Numbered from the stretch's first letter, positions 8,630 to 18,395 are shown. The stretch: 64,000 nucleotides of DNA from an uncultured bacterium (GCA_964637885.1 CAZWXO010000001.1:112731-176730), one strand, 5' to 3'. Notes: generated by a model not told the origin, from the sequence alone. A program made the numbers and translations.

Positions 8630-9415
8630 TTATTTACCATGCACGTGCGCTTTTAAGCATTCGTTCATTCCCGCAATTGCCGTATAGTCAGTCAAATCAA
8701 TTTGCATAGGGGTAACCGAGATTAATCCTTGGGAAACTGCTTCTATATCTGTCAATTGACTACTATTTGATGATGATAATTTACTGATAACATCGCCAGT
8801 CAGCCAAAAATATTTTCTTCCTCGGGGATCGATACGCGCATCATACGCATTTTCGTATTTCCGCTCACCCAAAGAGGTTATTCTCACATCATCCAGTAGC
8901 AATATTGGAATATCGGGAATATTAATATTAACGAGCGAGGCTGGGTTGATAATTTTTTCAGCAAACAAAATATCCACCAGACTTCGTATGATTGCGGCTG
9001 CTGGCTGATAATCGCAGTCGACATATGCGCCATGCGAGACAGCAATTCCGGCTGTTCCATTAATATGCCCTTCAATCGCAGCGGCAACGGTTCCAGAGTA
9101 AAGTACATCGCTTCCAAGGTTTGGGCCACGATTAATACCGGAAATGACCACATCGGGTACAAAATCAAGTAAGGAATCAAAGGCTATCTTTACACAATCT
9201 GCCGGAGTTCCATCAACCATCCACGCAGATGCTGCGCAAGGCATATCGAAACTGTCAACTCTAAGTGGCTTATGAAAAGTGATAGAATGACTTGATGCAC
9301 TCCTTTCCCTGTCAGGGGCAACTACAAAGACATCGCCAATTTTCGCAAGTTCTTGTGTAAGGAAAAAAATTCCCTGAGACATAATGCCGTCATCGTTTGT
9401 AACTAGAATGCGCAT
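8630..9415 (-). CDS. surE: 5'/3'-nucleotidase SurE
   Basis: It begins MRILVTNDDGI, with DD as the metal site, and has a SurE-length core. Confidence 0.9.
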   Translation of the reverse strand: MRILVTNDDGIMSQGIFFLTQELAKIGDVFVVAPDRERSASSHSITFHKPLRVDSFDMPCAASAWMVDGTPADCVKIAFDSLLDFVPDVVISGINRGPNLGSDVLYSGTVAAAIEGHINGTAGIAVSHGAYVDCDYQPAAAIIRSLVDILFAEKIINPASLVNINIPDIPILLLDDVRITSLGERKYENAYDARIDPRGRKYFWLTGDVISKLSSSNSSQLTDIEAVSQGLISVTPMQIDLTDYTAIAGMNECLKAHVHGK

Positions 9416-9430
9416 ATGAACTATCTCCTT

Positions 9431-9465
9431 AAACGGGCTGAGATCAAAACAATCTCAGCCCGTTT
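9431..9465 (-). terminator. Strong hairpin between the EF-G paralog and surE (terminator or attenuator)
   Basis: The 14-bp perfect stem is AAACGGGCTGAGAT / ATCTCAGCCCGTTT with an 8-nt loop. On the minus strand it is followed by only TTT and then the surE RBS, so termination is probably partial. Confidence 0.4.
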
Positions 9466-9470
9466 CTTGA

Positions 9471-11558
9471 TTATTCCTCAGCTTTTGCTTTCTTGGCTGC
9501 CTCGATTACCTCGTGCTTCGTTCGTTCCGGTACTTCTTCATATGAGAAGAAATCCATGGTAAAGGAGCCTCGCCCTTGGGTTAGTGACCGTAAGTCCAAA
9601 GCGTATGTTGCGAGCTCCGCCAAAGGTGCATGGGCTTTAACCACTTGATGACTATTTTCCGTCGGTTCCATGCCAAGAATGCGGCCACGCTTCGAATTAA
9701 AATCACCAATTACATCTCCCATGAAAGCGTCAGGAACAGTAACTTCGACATGCATAATTGGTTCGAGTAAGACAGGATGAGCAGTTTCCATACCTTTTTT
9801 AAATGCCAGATGGGCTGCAATCTTAAAAGCCATTTCCGATGAATCTACTGGGTGATACGAGCCATCATACAAGTTTGCTTTAAAATCAACTACTGGATAT
9901 CCTGCTAGAACTCCACTATCCAAAGAATCAAGCAAGCCTTTTTCAACAGCGGGAATATACTGCTTTGGAACTGACCCACCAAAAATAGATTCAGAAAACT
10001 CAAATCCCTTACCAGGTTCTAAAGGTAAAAATTCCACCCAGACATGTCCAAATTGCCCGTGTCCGCCCGATTGTTTTTTGTGCTTACCTTCTACCTTGAC
10101 AGGAGTCTTGATCGTTTCACGATAGGGAATTTTTGCCACTTCAGTATCCATCTCGGCGCCGAATTTTCGTTTTAGGCGATCTTTAATAACATCTAGTTGC
10201 AAATCCCCGATACCATAGATAAGCAATTGCTTGGTTTCGGCATTTTTTTCGATCCTGAAAGTAGGGTCTTCTTCGGCTAGTTTAGAAAGACCTGAAGCAA
10301 TCTTGTCTTCATCTCCACTTGTTTTACCAACAGCAGCTACACAGAACATAGGTTGTGGAAACTTCAATGCCGGGAAAATTATTTGATGCTCTTTATCACA
10401 AAGAGTGTCGCCAGTCGCAGTATATTGCAACTTGGCTACAGCAGCTATATCGCCAGCAACAACTTGATTAGCTGGAATTTGAGTTTTACCCAAAGGATAA
10501 AAAATCTTGGCAATTCTTTCACTTTCGCCTTTGACACTGTTGAAGATGTGGCTATCGGGCTTAAGAATGCCAGACATGACTTTAAACAGAGTAAGTTTTC
10601 CAACGAAAGGATCTGTTATTGATTTAAAAACAAGCGCTGAGAACGCTTCAGTGGAACTAATGGACTGTTTTATGGGTTGTTCGTCGACGGAGAATGCATC
10701 AGCAAATTCATTTGCATCCGGGGCTGGCATGTTTTGAATGACGGCATTCAGTAATTGTGGAATACCAAATCCAAACCCGGCTGAGGCGCAATATACCGGA
10801 AAGACAAGTCCTGCAGCAGTGCCCTTTTTAAGCGCTACATGTATTTCAGCATCGCTAAGAGACTGGCCATCTAAATACTTCATCATTAACTCGTCTTCAG
10901 TTTCAGATAAAGACTCCAGCATCATGTCGCGATAAATATCAACTTGCTCAGCGTACTCATCGGGAATATCTTTAAGTTCGAAATTTTTCGGGTCATTTTT
11001 AGAATAGTAGACTGCTTTTAGATCCACTAAATCTATTACCCCTTGCAAGTTTCCCTCAGCTCCGATTGGAATTTGGACCGGAATAACAGATACCCCAAAT
11101 TTGTCACGTAGACTTTCAAGGGTGCGGTAAAAATCGGCATTTTCTCTGTCGAGCCGATTCACCACGACCATTCTGGGTTTCTCTTTGGCGCAAAGAAGCG
11201 ACCAGTTTTTTTCTGTTACTACTTCAACGCCTCCGACAGCATCTACTACAAGTATTGCAGAATCAGCTACAGCCATTGCGCTGTATTCTTCGCCTACGAA
11301 ATCAAAATACCCAGGAGTGTCAATAAAATTAATCTTAAAATCCTGCCATTCAATTGGAATTAAGGTTGCGTTGATACTGACCTTTCGTTTGATTTCTTCA
11401 GGTTCAAAGTCAGAAGTAGTGCTTCCGTCTTCAACCTTGCCGATTCGCGTTATTGCCCCTGTAGCAAATAGCGCATTCTCCAATAGAGATGTTTTCCCAG
11501 CCCCGCTGTGTGATACCAAAACTACATTTCTGATATTACCCGTTGAGTAGTCCTTCAA
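9471..11558 (-). CDS. Elongation factor G paralog (EF-G2-like translational GTPase)
   Basis: The G domain has a variant G1 motif (SHSGAGKTS) plus DTPGYFDF and NRLD, followed by EF-G domains II-V. The likely start is TTG 11558 with the RBS GAGGAGGAG. The ORF-track start at 11615 has no RBS. Confidence 0.75.
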   Translation of the reverse strand: MKDYSTGNIRNVVLVSHSGAGKTSLLENALFATGAITRIGKVEDGSTTSDFEPEEIKRKVSINATLIPIEWQDFKINFIDTPGYFDFVGEEYSAMAVADSAILVVDAVGGVEVVTEKNWSLLCAKEKPRMVVVNRLDRENADFYRTLESLRDKFGVSVIPVQIPIGAEGNLQGVIDLVDLKAVYYSKNDPKNFELKDIPDEYAEQVDIYRDMMLESLSETEDELMMKYLDGQSLSDAEIHVALKKGTAAGLVFPVYCASAGFGFGIPQLLNAVIQNMPAPDANEFADAFSVDEQPIKQSISSTEAFSALVFKSITDPFVGKLTLFKVMSGILKPDSHIFNSVKGESERIAKIFYPLGKTQIPANQVVAGDIAAVAKLQYTATGDTLCDKEHQIIFPALKFPQPMFCVAAVGKTSGDEDKIASGLSKLAEEDPTFRIEKNAETKQLLIYGIGDLQLDVIKDRLKRKFGAEMDTEVAKIPYRETIKTPVKVEGKHKKQSGGHGQFGHVWVEFLPLEPGKGFEFSESIFGGSVPKQYIPAVEKGLLDSLDSGVLAGYPVVDFKANLYDGSYHPVDSSEMAFKIAAHLAFKKGMETAHPVLLEPIMHVEVTVPDAFMGDVIGDFNSKRGRILGMEPTENSHQVVKAHAPLAELATYALDLRSLTQGRGSFTMDFFSYEEVPERTKHEVIEAAKKAKAEE

Positions 11559-11580
11559 TTGAATCTCCTCCTCAAGCTGT

Positions 11581-11613
11581 AATAAAATAACTGCTATGTT
11601 TATGCAACATAGC
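11581..11613 (-). terminator. Rho-independent terminator after dnaI
   Basis: The stem is GCTATGTT-tatgc-AACATAGC, followed on the minus strand by AGTTATTTTATT. Confidence 0.5.
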
Positions 11614-11644
11614 AAAAGACACCCACAATTATTTCGTTTTCTTC

Positions 11645-12553
11645 CTACTTGAGCATTTTCGCCTTAACCATTCTAATGTCTTTTTGACAATATAATTGCA
11701 TAATTTCACAGAGTTGCGCGATTCTCGATGTGATCCTTTTTCCTAGCATTTCATCATAATATCTGCTACCGAGCTCAGCAATACTAAAATTCGAAGTGAT
11801 GAAAGTTGGCAAATTGTTCATCATTCGTTCATCAATAATTCGATACAATTTAAGTCCGGCATCGTCGCTAGGACGCTCAACACCAAGGTCATCTAAAAGT
11901 AGCACATCAATCTTCATGACCGCCTGCAGCAAATGCTCAGTTTTAATCTTTGAGTCAGCAGCATAAGAGTTTTGAATCTCAACCAGTAGTCGGTCATACT
12001 TACTGTAGAGAAATGGCCTATGATTCAAAACTAGTTCATTCGCGACACAATTCATTAAAAAAGTTTTCCCTCGTCCAGGTTCTCCGAATAAATATAACCC
12101 TTTGCTAGCACGGCCGTTGAGGCAACTATTTGCAAATTCCTGAGCTGCTAAATAAACTTTTGCGGCACAGTCGCGAAATGTCATGTTAATCTTATCAGAT
12201 ATTTTAACATCTTTGTAGTATTCAAAATCAAATGAAGAAAATGTTTCGCACAATTGTTCAGGCTGCAACCCACTTTGCGAGAATATTTTAACATATCTAT
12301 TATTCTTAATTTTTGTTTTTAAGCACTGGCATTGTTTTCCTTCAAAGATACCTGTATCAAGGCACTTGTCGCAATCATAATGCTTTAAATCACAACTAGA
12401 GTTTTTAAACAGAGCTAATTTTTTTTGTGCATCAATAGCAAGTTCTTCGTCATTATTAACAATCGATCGAACGAGTTGTAAATTTAAAAGCCGCATATCT
12501 ACCGTTCCATTTTTGTTGTCTGCATTGTCCATAACTTGCATCCTCCGAGTCAA
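11645..12553 (-). CDS. dnaI: Primosomal protein DnaI (helicase loader, AAA+)
   Basis: The N-terminal region carries a Cys-rich zinc motif (CDLKHYDCDKC...CQC). The C-terminal AAA+ domain has Walker A GEPGRGKTFL and Walker B LLLDDLG. The gene follows dnaB as it does in Bacillus. Confidence 0.8.
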   Translation of the reverse strand: MTRRMQVMDNADNKNGTVDMRLLNLQLVRSIVNNDEELAIDAQKKLALFKNSSCDLKHYDCDKCLDTGIFEGKQCQCLKTKIKNNRYVKIFSQSGLQPEQLCETFSSFDFEYYKDVKISDKINMTFRDCAAKVYLAAQEFANSCLNGRASKGLYLFGEPGRGKTFLMNCVANELVLNHRPFLYSKYDRLLVEIQNSYAADSKIKTEHLLQAVMKIDVLLLDDLGVERPSDDAGLKLYRIIDERMMNNLPTFITSNFSIAELGSRYYDEMLGKRITSRIAQLCEIMQLYCQKDIRMVKAKMLK

Positions 12554-13519
12554 TTAAGAAAATTCATCATATTCTTCAAAGGCCTTTTTAATACGTTTCT
12601 TTTTTACAGCAGAATTATTAAGTGGATTCGATGCTTCTTTCGCACCTGCCACTTGCACAGGGTCATTCTCCCCGTTTAGGATAGCGTTTACGTGTGCTAA
12701 GGATGGCCTCCTATTAACTACTGTTTTATCACAAGCGGCAAGAACTTCTTCAAGAGTTAGTTTTTGTTCTTCAAACCATGACTTGATCAATTTCTTTTCT
12801 GGACCGGTGAGGGTGCGCTGTAAAGAAAGGTAATCAGCTATTTCTTTCTCATAAGATTTTTCAGTAAATTTTTTGTCAAAATATTCTTTAATCATAATTT
12901 TGTCTATCTTGCCGGCGCCTATCAATTCATGAACTACTTTTTCGATATATGCAATATTCAAGACACCTTTCTCATAGTGTCTTTCTAAAATTGTGATGAC
13001 GGCGTCTTCTTCAATTTCAAGACAATCAACCCATTCAGAGACACTGTCAATTTCCTGAAAATTCAGCGGTCGTCCTAATGCATTTTCCATAAAGCGATAG
13101 ATGCGTTTTCGTGTTCCCCGCAATTTTTCTGTTTGATTACTTTCCTTATTAATCGAGGAATCGCTGCAATCCTTGTGTAACGGATTTATTGCCATCTTAT
13201 TATTTGAAAATGAATTTTGCTGTGCAATACAGTCATAATTAATACTAAATCCGAAAGTTTGAGTCTCGTCAACATTTAACAAGCCGATATCGATCAAATC
13301 TTGGACAATCAGTTTGCAGCTGGTCATCTCCTGACTTAAACCATTTTGCCCTAAATCCCCCATGTTATCCAAACGATATAAAAGATAAGTGAGCTTTCCC
13401 AACAATAAAAATTTATCCGTGCTGGAAGCATTGTCAATGTATTTTAATAAAAATTTTGGAATTGCGATGCTACCATAACTGATAGATGCACCAAAATAGC
13501 TATCCATTAACGTCCTCAT
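12554..13519 (-). CDS. dnaB: Replication initiation/membrane attachment protein DnaB (DnaD-domain family)
   Basis: The 321-aa protein is immediately upstream of and abuts dnaI, matching the dnaB-dnaI operon of B. subtilis. The call rests on context plus DnaD-like domain composition. Confidence 0.6.
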   Translation of the reverse strand: MRTLMDSYFGASISYGSIAIPKFLLKYIDNASSTDKFLLLGKLTYLLYRLDNMGDLGQNGLSQEMTSCKLIVQDLIDIGLLNVDETQTFGFSINYDCIAQQNSFSNNKMAINPLHKDCSDSSINKESNQTEKLRGTRKRIYRFMENALGRPLNFQEIDSVSEWVDCLEIEEDAVITILERHYEKGVLNIAYIEKVVHELIGAGKIDKIMIKEYFDKKFTEKSYEKEIADYLSLQRTLTGPEKKLIKSWFEEQKLTLEEVLAACDKTVVNRRPSLAHVNAILNGENDPVQVAGAKEASNPLNNSAVKKKRIKKAFEEYDEFS

Positions 13520-15656
13520 TTTCTCCAGTAGGCAATAGCATCAGCCTATCACCGGTAGCAATTGCAGTAGTATATTGCGCTTTTTCCTCGTTTAGCTTTA
13601 GTTCAAAGTTGTTCCCTAATTTGTCGATTTCGATTTCAGCATAACGAAATACATCAGAAAAAATGGCCTCACCCGGGTATATTTGGAGGCTGTCTCCATG
13701 TTTTAAGAGATAGGAGTTTTTGACTTTTTTCCCGTTCACTTTACAAGTAGCATTCGTAGTTTGGATTTTCAATGGCTTGCCGTTAAATTGAACTTCGATA
13801 AAAGTATAATCGTTATCGCGCATCACATCATTTACTGTCGGTTCGATGAAGACAGAGCTTTCAATACAAATTGAGTCACCGTCATTAACGAGCGAGCTTA
13901 ATTCAGCTGGTTTGCCATTTAATGTAATACCATAATTAGTGCGAATATTTTTAATCTCCGTGCCATTTACCCAATAGCTAAATGTTTCGGCTAGGTAGTC
14001 CTCGGGATAAAGCCGAACTGCCCGTAATGTTTCTTCTAGTGATTTTGGGGAGATAATGCGAATCTTATCCTGATCTTGGATTAGAAAATCGTCAAAAGAA
14101 AAAACACCGTTTCGTAAAACAATGGCTGGAAGCTGGAATGGAGTATCATTGACTGAAATAGTAGTTTTCGAAATGGGCGGCAGGTATTCTGAAATTCTTG
14201 CCAGTCCTACTTCACCTTGGCTGCCGGGTAAAATATCAATACTATCTCCGTTCATAATTTCAGTATCGAGATTAATCTCTAACCCGTTTCGTGTGATCTG
14301 AGATGGAATTCCAGGTTTGCCCTTAATCATGCAAATTTGGTCGTTAAGCTCAAAAGTAACAGCTTTTCCGATATTTCCTCTTATCTCACGCAGTGGAATG
14401 CCAGAAGCCAAGATAGCATCTTTGGCAGTTATGCACCCCAGATGGATAATGCGAATATTTTTATTATTTACTCTAACATTGCAGTGCATCAATTCAGAAT
14501 GTCTCGTATGTGATAAAGCTATGCCAAGTGGTGTGACAAATTCTGGTCCAGTCATTTTTAAATGACCACTGATATTTTTAACTGCGTCTGTTCCTCGTAT
14601 CGCAACGCGGACTTTTTCGATTCCAAGTCGCTCCGATATTTTTTCTGGTAAGCCTGGAGTGAGGCTTCCTCCGCCAACGCAAAGCACTGCGTCTGGAGCA
14701 CAATCGTTTAATGCTAAAATGCGGTCAGCGATGCTTGCTGCCAATTCTTTGACAAATGGTGCGATCTCTTCATAAATATCGACTGACTTTTTCTCAATAG
14801 ACTGTCCTAAAATATTTTTAAATTTAATTGCCTTTGATTTACTGAGGGTTTTCTTGATTTTTTCAGCAACAGCAAATTCAACCAGATGCTTCTTACAGAT
14901 GGCATCAGTTATTTCATCTCCAGCCTGGGGAACCATACCATATGAGAAAATGGAGCCGTCACGACTGATAGCGATGTCAGATGTTCCAGCCCCGATATCC
15001 ACAAGGACTATATTTAGGTTTCTCATATCCTCGGGAATCACAACATTGCTTGCAGCAATCGGCTCTAAAGTCAGGCCCGCCAATTCTAGGCCAGCCAGCT
15101 CCAATGCTTTCTCTAGGGAATCAACCACAATGCGCGGCAAGAATGTCGCAATAACTTCAATAGACAATTTTTCTGCCCTTTGACCGACAGGATTCCGTAT
15201 TCTCTCATCGTCCAATGAATAACTAATTACATTATAGTCGATGCAATAATAATTGCGCATATCCATTTTGTTTGCCAGAGACTCAGAAGCAACCTGCGTC
15301 GCCTCAATTTCTACTGCGGTTACATCCTCACGAGAAACCTCATCGACAGAAAGAAATTTGCGACTTGCTTTGCCGGTATGTGTTTCGAGTGAACGGCCCG
15401 CTGCAGCTACAATTGCTCCTTTAATTGCCGTTCCTGTGGAAGATTCCAGCATTTTTTTTACTTTATCGACAACAATGGCTACCTGCTCAATGTCTTGGAT
15501 CTGACCATCGTGCATTGCCCTAGTAGTGTGTTCGACAGAATGGCAGGCTAAAACATTTAATTTGCCGTTTTCGACATTGCCGATGATGCCGGTAACAGTC
15601 CGAGTGCCAATATCGAGGGCTGTAATTATTTGCGTTGCTAAATTCACTTTTTCCAC
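13500..15656 (-). CDS. FtsA-like actin-fold ATPase with about 300 aa of repetitive C-terminal extension
   Basis: The N-terminus (ALDIGTRTVTGIIGNVENGKLNVLACHSVEH) matches the FtsA phosphate-1 region, and a second phosphate motif (VLVDIGAGTSDIAI) is present. The C-terminal about 300 aa hold at least five beta-rich modules with a V/F/L-N-G...GD-x-I-x-I pattern. Confidence 0.5.
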   Translation of the reverse strand: MEKVNLATQIITALDIGTRTVTGIIGNVENGKLNVLACHSVEHTTRAMHDGQIQDIEQVAIVVDKVKKMLESSTGTAIKGAIVAAAGRSLETHTGKASRKFLSVDEVSREDVTAVEIEATQVASESLANKMDMRNYYCIDYNVISYSLDDERIRNPVGQRAEKLSIEVIATFLPRIVVDSLEKALELAGLELAGLTLEPIAASNVVIPEDMRNLNIVLVDIGAGTSDIAISRDGSIFSYGMVPQAGDEITDAICKKHLVEFAVAEKIKKTLSKSKAIKFKNILGQSIEKKSVDIYEEIAPFVKELAASIADRILALNDCAPDAVLCVGGGSLTPGLPEKISERLGIEKVRVAIRGTDAVKNISGHLKMTGPEFVTPLGIALSHTRHSELMHCNVRVNNKNIRIIHLGCITAKDAILASGIPLREIRGNIGKAVTFELNDQICMIKGKPGIPSQITRNGLEINLDTEIMNGDSIDILPGSQGEVGLARISEYLPPISKTTISVNDTPFQLPAIVLRNGVFSFDDFLIQDQDKIRIISPKSLEETLRAVRLYPEDYLAETFSYWVNGTEIKNIRTNYGITLNGKPAELSSLVNDGDSICIESSVFIEPTVNDVMRDNDYTFIEVQFNGKPLKIQTTNATCKVNGKKVKNSYLLKHGDSLQIYPGEAIFSDVFRYAEIEIDKLGNNFELKLNEEKAQYTTAIATGDRLMLLPTGENEDVNG

Positions 15657-15688
15657 CTCACAAATAATTATTATTAGACAAGACTAGT

Positions 15689-16123
15689 TTATTTTGCCTG
15701 GACAAGGAAATAATCAGCAGTGTAACTTTTTTTGTTTGCATCGTATATCAAACCTGATTTTGCATTAGAAAACAAAAAAACAATCGCGTTGTTAAAGCCA
15801 TTTTGATATGCCTGAACCAAATCTTCCTCGCTGTACTCTTTCTCCGGCAAAGAATCCAGCCCGAAATTTTTACCTATTTTCTCAGTATAGTTTGCATCTT
15901 CACGGAAAATTGCCGACTCATCCTCGTAGATAAGAATATCTTCAGTAGAAATAGTTAAAAATACTTTTTCCACACCGGCATCCCAGCCTTCGCCGAAGGC
16001 AGCCACTACATCTGGGGCGAGAATTTTTTCCTCTTGTGGACGAAAAATAAGCAACAGTAAACCTACGCAAATTACACATAGACCAAAGAAATATAGCAAA
16101 CGGTTACTATATTTTTTTTTCAA
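15689..16123 (-). CDS. Hypothetical membrane-anchored protein
   Basis: The 144-aa protein has one N-terminal TM segment (LLYFFGLCVICVGLLLLIF) and no recognisable motif. Confidence 0.35.
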   Translation of the reverse strand: MKKKYSNRLLYFFGLCVICVGLLLLIFRPQEEKILAPDVVAAFGEGWDAGVEKVFLTISTEDILIYEDESAIFREDANYTEKIGKNFGLDSLPEKEYSEEDLVQAYQNGFNNAIVFLFSNAKSGLIYDANKKSYTADYFLVQAK

Positions 16124-16149
16124 AAAAATCCCTCCGTCAAGAAAGTAAG

Positions 16150-16495
16150 AATTGTCCGAGTAAACCTATAAGCCGAATTCTGTAATAGCAGCCATTTATC
16201 TAGGACAGTTATTGCTAACTGCCTCAAGCGACCTAACCCGGGAGAAAGGCGGGCAACCCTATTTCTCCTCTATTTGGTCTTGCTTCGAGTGGGGTTTACC
16301 TGGCCAAAGAGTCACCTCTCTGCCGGTGGGCTCTTACCCCACCATTTCACCCTTACCATCAATAAAGATGGCGGTATATTTCTGTGGCACTTTCCTTGGA
16401 GTCGCCTCCACCGGGAGTTACCCGGCACTCTGCCCTATGAAGTTCGGACTTTCCTCGGAGTTACCCCCGCGACTGCTCAGTTTGCTCGGACCATA
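16150..16495 (-). ncRNA. rnpB: RNase P RNA (rnpB), bacterial type A
   Basis: The minus strand reads ...GAGGAAAGTCCGAACTTCATAGGGCAGAGTGCCGGGTAAC...ACAGAAA...ACCGCC...GGTAAGGGTGAAATGGTGGGGTAAGAGCCCACC...CAAGACCAAATAGAGG...GGTCGCTTGAGGCAGTTAGCAATAACTGTCCTAGATAAATGGCTG...ACAGAATTCGGCTTATAGG. These are the universally conserved P4, P10-12, P15 and P18 segments. Helix P1 forms from GTCCGAGCAAAC at the 5' end and GTTTACTCGGAC at the 3' end. The plus-strand ORFs 16212..16529 and 16274..16498 are spurious. Confidence 0.85.
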
Positions 16496-16546
16496 TAAAA
16501 ATAACACGTTGAAGAGAAAACAACAATAAAAATATTATATAAAATC

Positions 16547-17662
16547 TTATTTCACAAGTACATTTTTTAGTAATGAAAGCCTGGTTGAAGCAAAGACAGG
16601 AATACTTGGGTCCACAATTAACCCAGCGACAATTTCTGAAAACCTTTCCATAAAGATGTGTTCACTTTCGTAATGCCCAACATCAAAGACGACCATTCCC
16701 ATATTCTGCGCTTCTAGTGCCTGGTGATATTTAATATCACCAGTGATGTATAAATCGGCTGCAGATCCAACTGCAGTGTCGATGAGATCGCCTCCACTAC
16801 CGCTACAGAGCGCTATTTTTTGAATCAATTTTGTTTTAGTGCCATAGATGGTTAATGATTCTAACTCAAACAAATCCATTACAATTTTAGCGTAATCTTC
16901 GGCCTCTACTGCTTCATCTATTTCTCCAATACGGCCAATTCCATGGACGGTAAAATCATTCTCGAGAGAAAACAGGTCATAAGCAATTTCTTCATATGGA
17001 TGTGCTAGGCGTAGAGCAGACAAGACGTCATTGACTTTGTTTTCGGGAACGATGCTTTCAATTTTAATCTCATCAACTTCTTCGAGGATGTTTATCTTGC
17101 CAATAAACGGCTGAGCTTCGTTTTTTGGCATAAAAGTTCCGTATCCTTGAGCTGAAAATGTGCAGTTTGAATAGTCATTGTACTCCCCTGCCCCAGCTTG
17201 GCAAATCGCAGAGCGTACCTGTGCCTCGTATCCGCAGGGTGTGAAGACACACAGCTTAAGATATCTTGTTGCAGCGGTTTTCTTGAGCACCCTAACATCG
17301 CTAAGTTTTAGTAAGCCCGCTAAATAGTCATTTATTCCACCTGACGCGATATCTAGGTTGGTATGCGCTGAATACAGGAATATTTTTTTCTGGGCGAGCT
17401 CAATTATAATCTTTCCCTCGGGAGTCATAGTATTTACGCTTTTTAATTTCTTGAAAAGCAAAGGGTGATGCGAAATAATTAGATTGCACTGCAATTCTTC
17501 AGCTTCTCTAACAACATCGATGGTAGGATCAAGGCAAACGAGGATTCCAGTCACCTCGATGTCTGGATCAACAACCTGCCAACCGGAATTATCCCAATCT
17601 TCGGATAGCTCTCGCGGATATTGACACTCCAGTTTATTGATAATATTGGCGCAAGTCTTCAT
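16547..17662 (-). CDS. Nif3-family dinuclear-metal protein (YqfO-like)
   Basis: NIF3 motifs are present (LISHHPLLF...). The gene follows trmK as in B. subtilis (yqfN-yqfO). Confidence 0.85.
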   Translation of the reverse strand: MKTCANIINKLECQYPRELSEDWDNSGWQVVDPDIEVTGILVCLDPTIDVVREAEELQCNLIISHHPLLFKKLKSVNTMTPEGKIIIELAQKKIFLYSAHTNLDIASGGINDYLAGLLKLSDVRVLKKTAATRYLKLCVFTPCGYEAQVRSAICQAGAGEYNDYSNCTFSAQGYGTFMPKNEAQPFIGKINILEEVDEIKIESIVPENKVNDVLSALRLAHPYEEIAYDLFSLENDFTVHGIGRIGEIDEAVEAEDYAKIVMDLFELESLTIYGTKTKLIQKIALCSGSGGDLIDTAVGSAADLYITGDIKYHQALEAQNMGMVVFDVGHYESEHIFMERFSEIVAGLIVDPSIPVFASTRLSLLKNVLVK

Positions 17663-18345
17663 CTTAGATAATCCTCCATCTCTTCGACAAGGTGAGCAAT
17701 AGAATCAAGCTCATCTTGTGCAATAATCTTACCTGATTGTTTAGCAAATAATTCATTTTTTTTCCTTTTTAAAAGCTCTTTACATAGCGAAAGTGCCTCA
17801 GCAGAGCGACGCTCAACATTTAGCGGGCCTAAAAGCTTTTCAAATTCTGTTAAGTTAATGGTATTCCCGGTGAATTTTACTTTCATAATTGCAAAAAACT
17901 TAGCCTTGTCGACGCAAATACTCTCGTCGAGAAAAATGAAGCCGCTAGATGCCAACCACTGGCGCAGCAAATTAGTTTTTTGCATTGGTTGTAACAGAAT
18001 GTAATCCATTTGGCGGAAAATATTTGTAGAATTCTTTATTATCGAAATAATTGTTTGGCCACTAAGGCCTGCGATGCATGCCGCATCAATCACCAGATCA
18101 TCAGGGACCGACAAGAGCCCATCACTAAGAAAAAAACGAGCATCTTTGGCAGCGATATTCTCTGATAAAAACAAATCTATCGATCTTTGCAGAGGGGCCG
18201 CGGCGATATCGCAAACAACTATTTCTTGACAGATGTTTTTTTTGAGCGCTTGCAACGCATAAAAACCGTGATCCGAGCCAATGTCGGCAAGGCACTTGGC
18301 TTGTGACGAAAGATTTATCAATTGATCTATTCTAAATGATTTCAT
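17659..18345 (-). CDS. trmK: tRNA (adenine22-N1)-methyltransferase TrmK
   Basis: It has the DIGSDHG SAM motif, matches YqfN-family length, and sits downstream of sigA. Confidence 0.8.
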   Translation of the reverse strand: MKSFRIDQLINLSSQAKCLADIGSDHGFYALQALKKNICQEIVVCDIAAAPLQRSIDLFLSENIAAKDARFFLSDGLLSVPDDLVIDAACIAGLSGQTIISIIKNSTNIFRQMDYILLQPMQKTNLLRQWLASSGFIFLDESICVDKAKFFAIMKVKFTGNTINLTEFEKLLGPLNVERRSAEALSLCKELLKRKKNELFAKQSGKIIAQDELDSIAHLVEEMEDYLR

Positions 18346-18360
18346 AGTAATTTTTCCTTA

Positions 18361-18395
18361 AATTAAAAATAAACCCTGTCTGTAAAAGACAGGGT
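18361..18395 (-). terminator. Rho-independent terminator after the tRNA cluster
   Basis: The stem is ACCCTGTC-tgtaaaa-GACAGGGT, followed on the minus strand by TTTATTTTTAATT. Confidence 0.6.

Noticed and set aside
16212-16529. Plus-strand ORFs of 105 and 74 aa (16212..16529 and 16274..16498)
   Set aside because: They lie antisense to a clear RNase P RNA gene and have no RBS, so they are artefacts of the GC-rich structured RNA.
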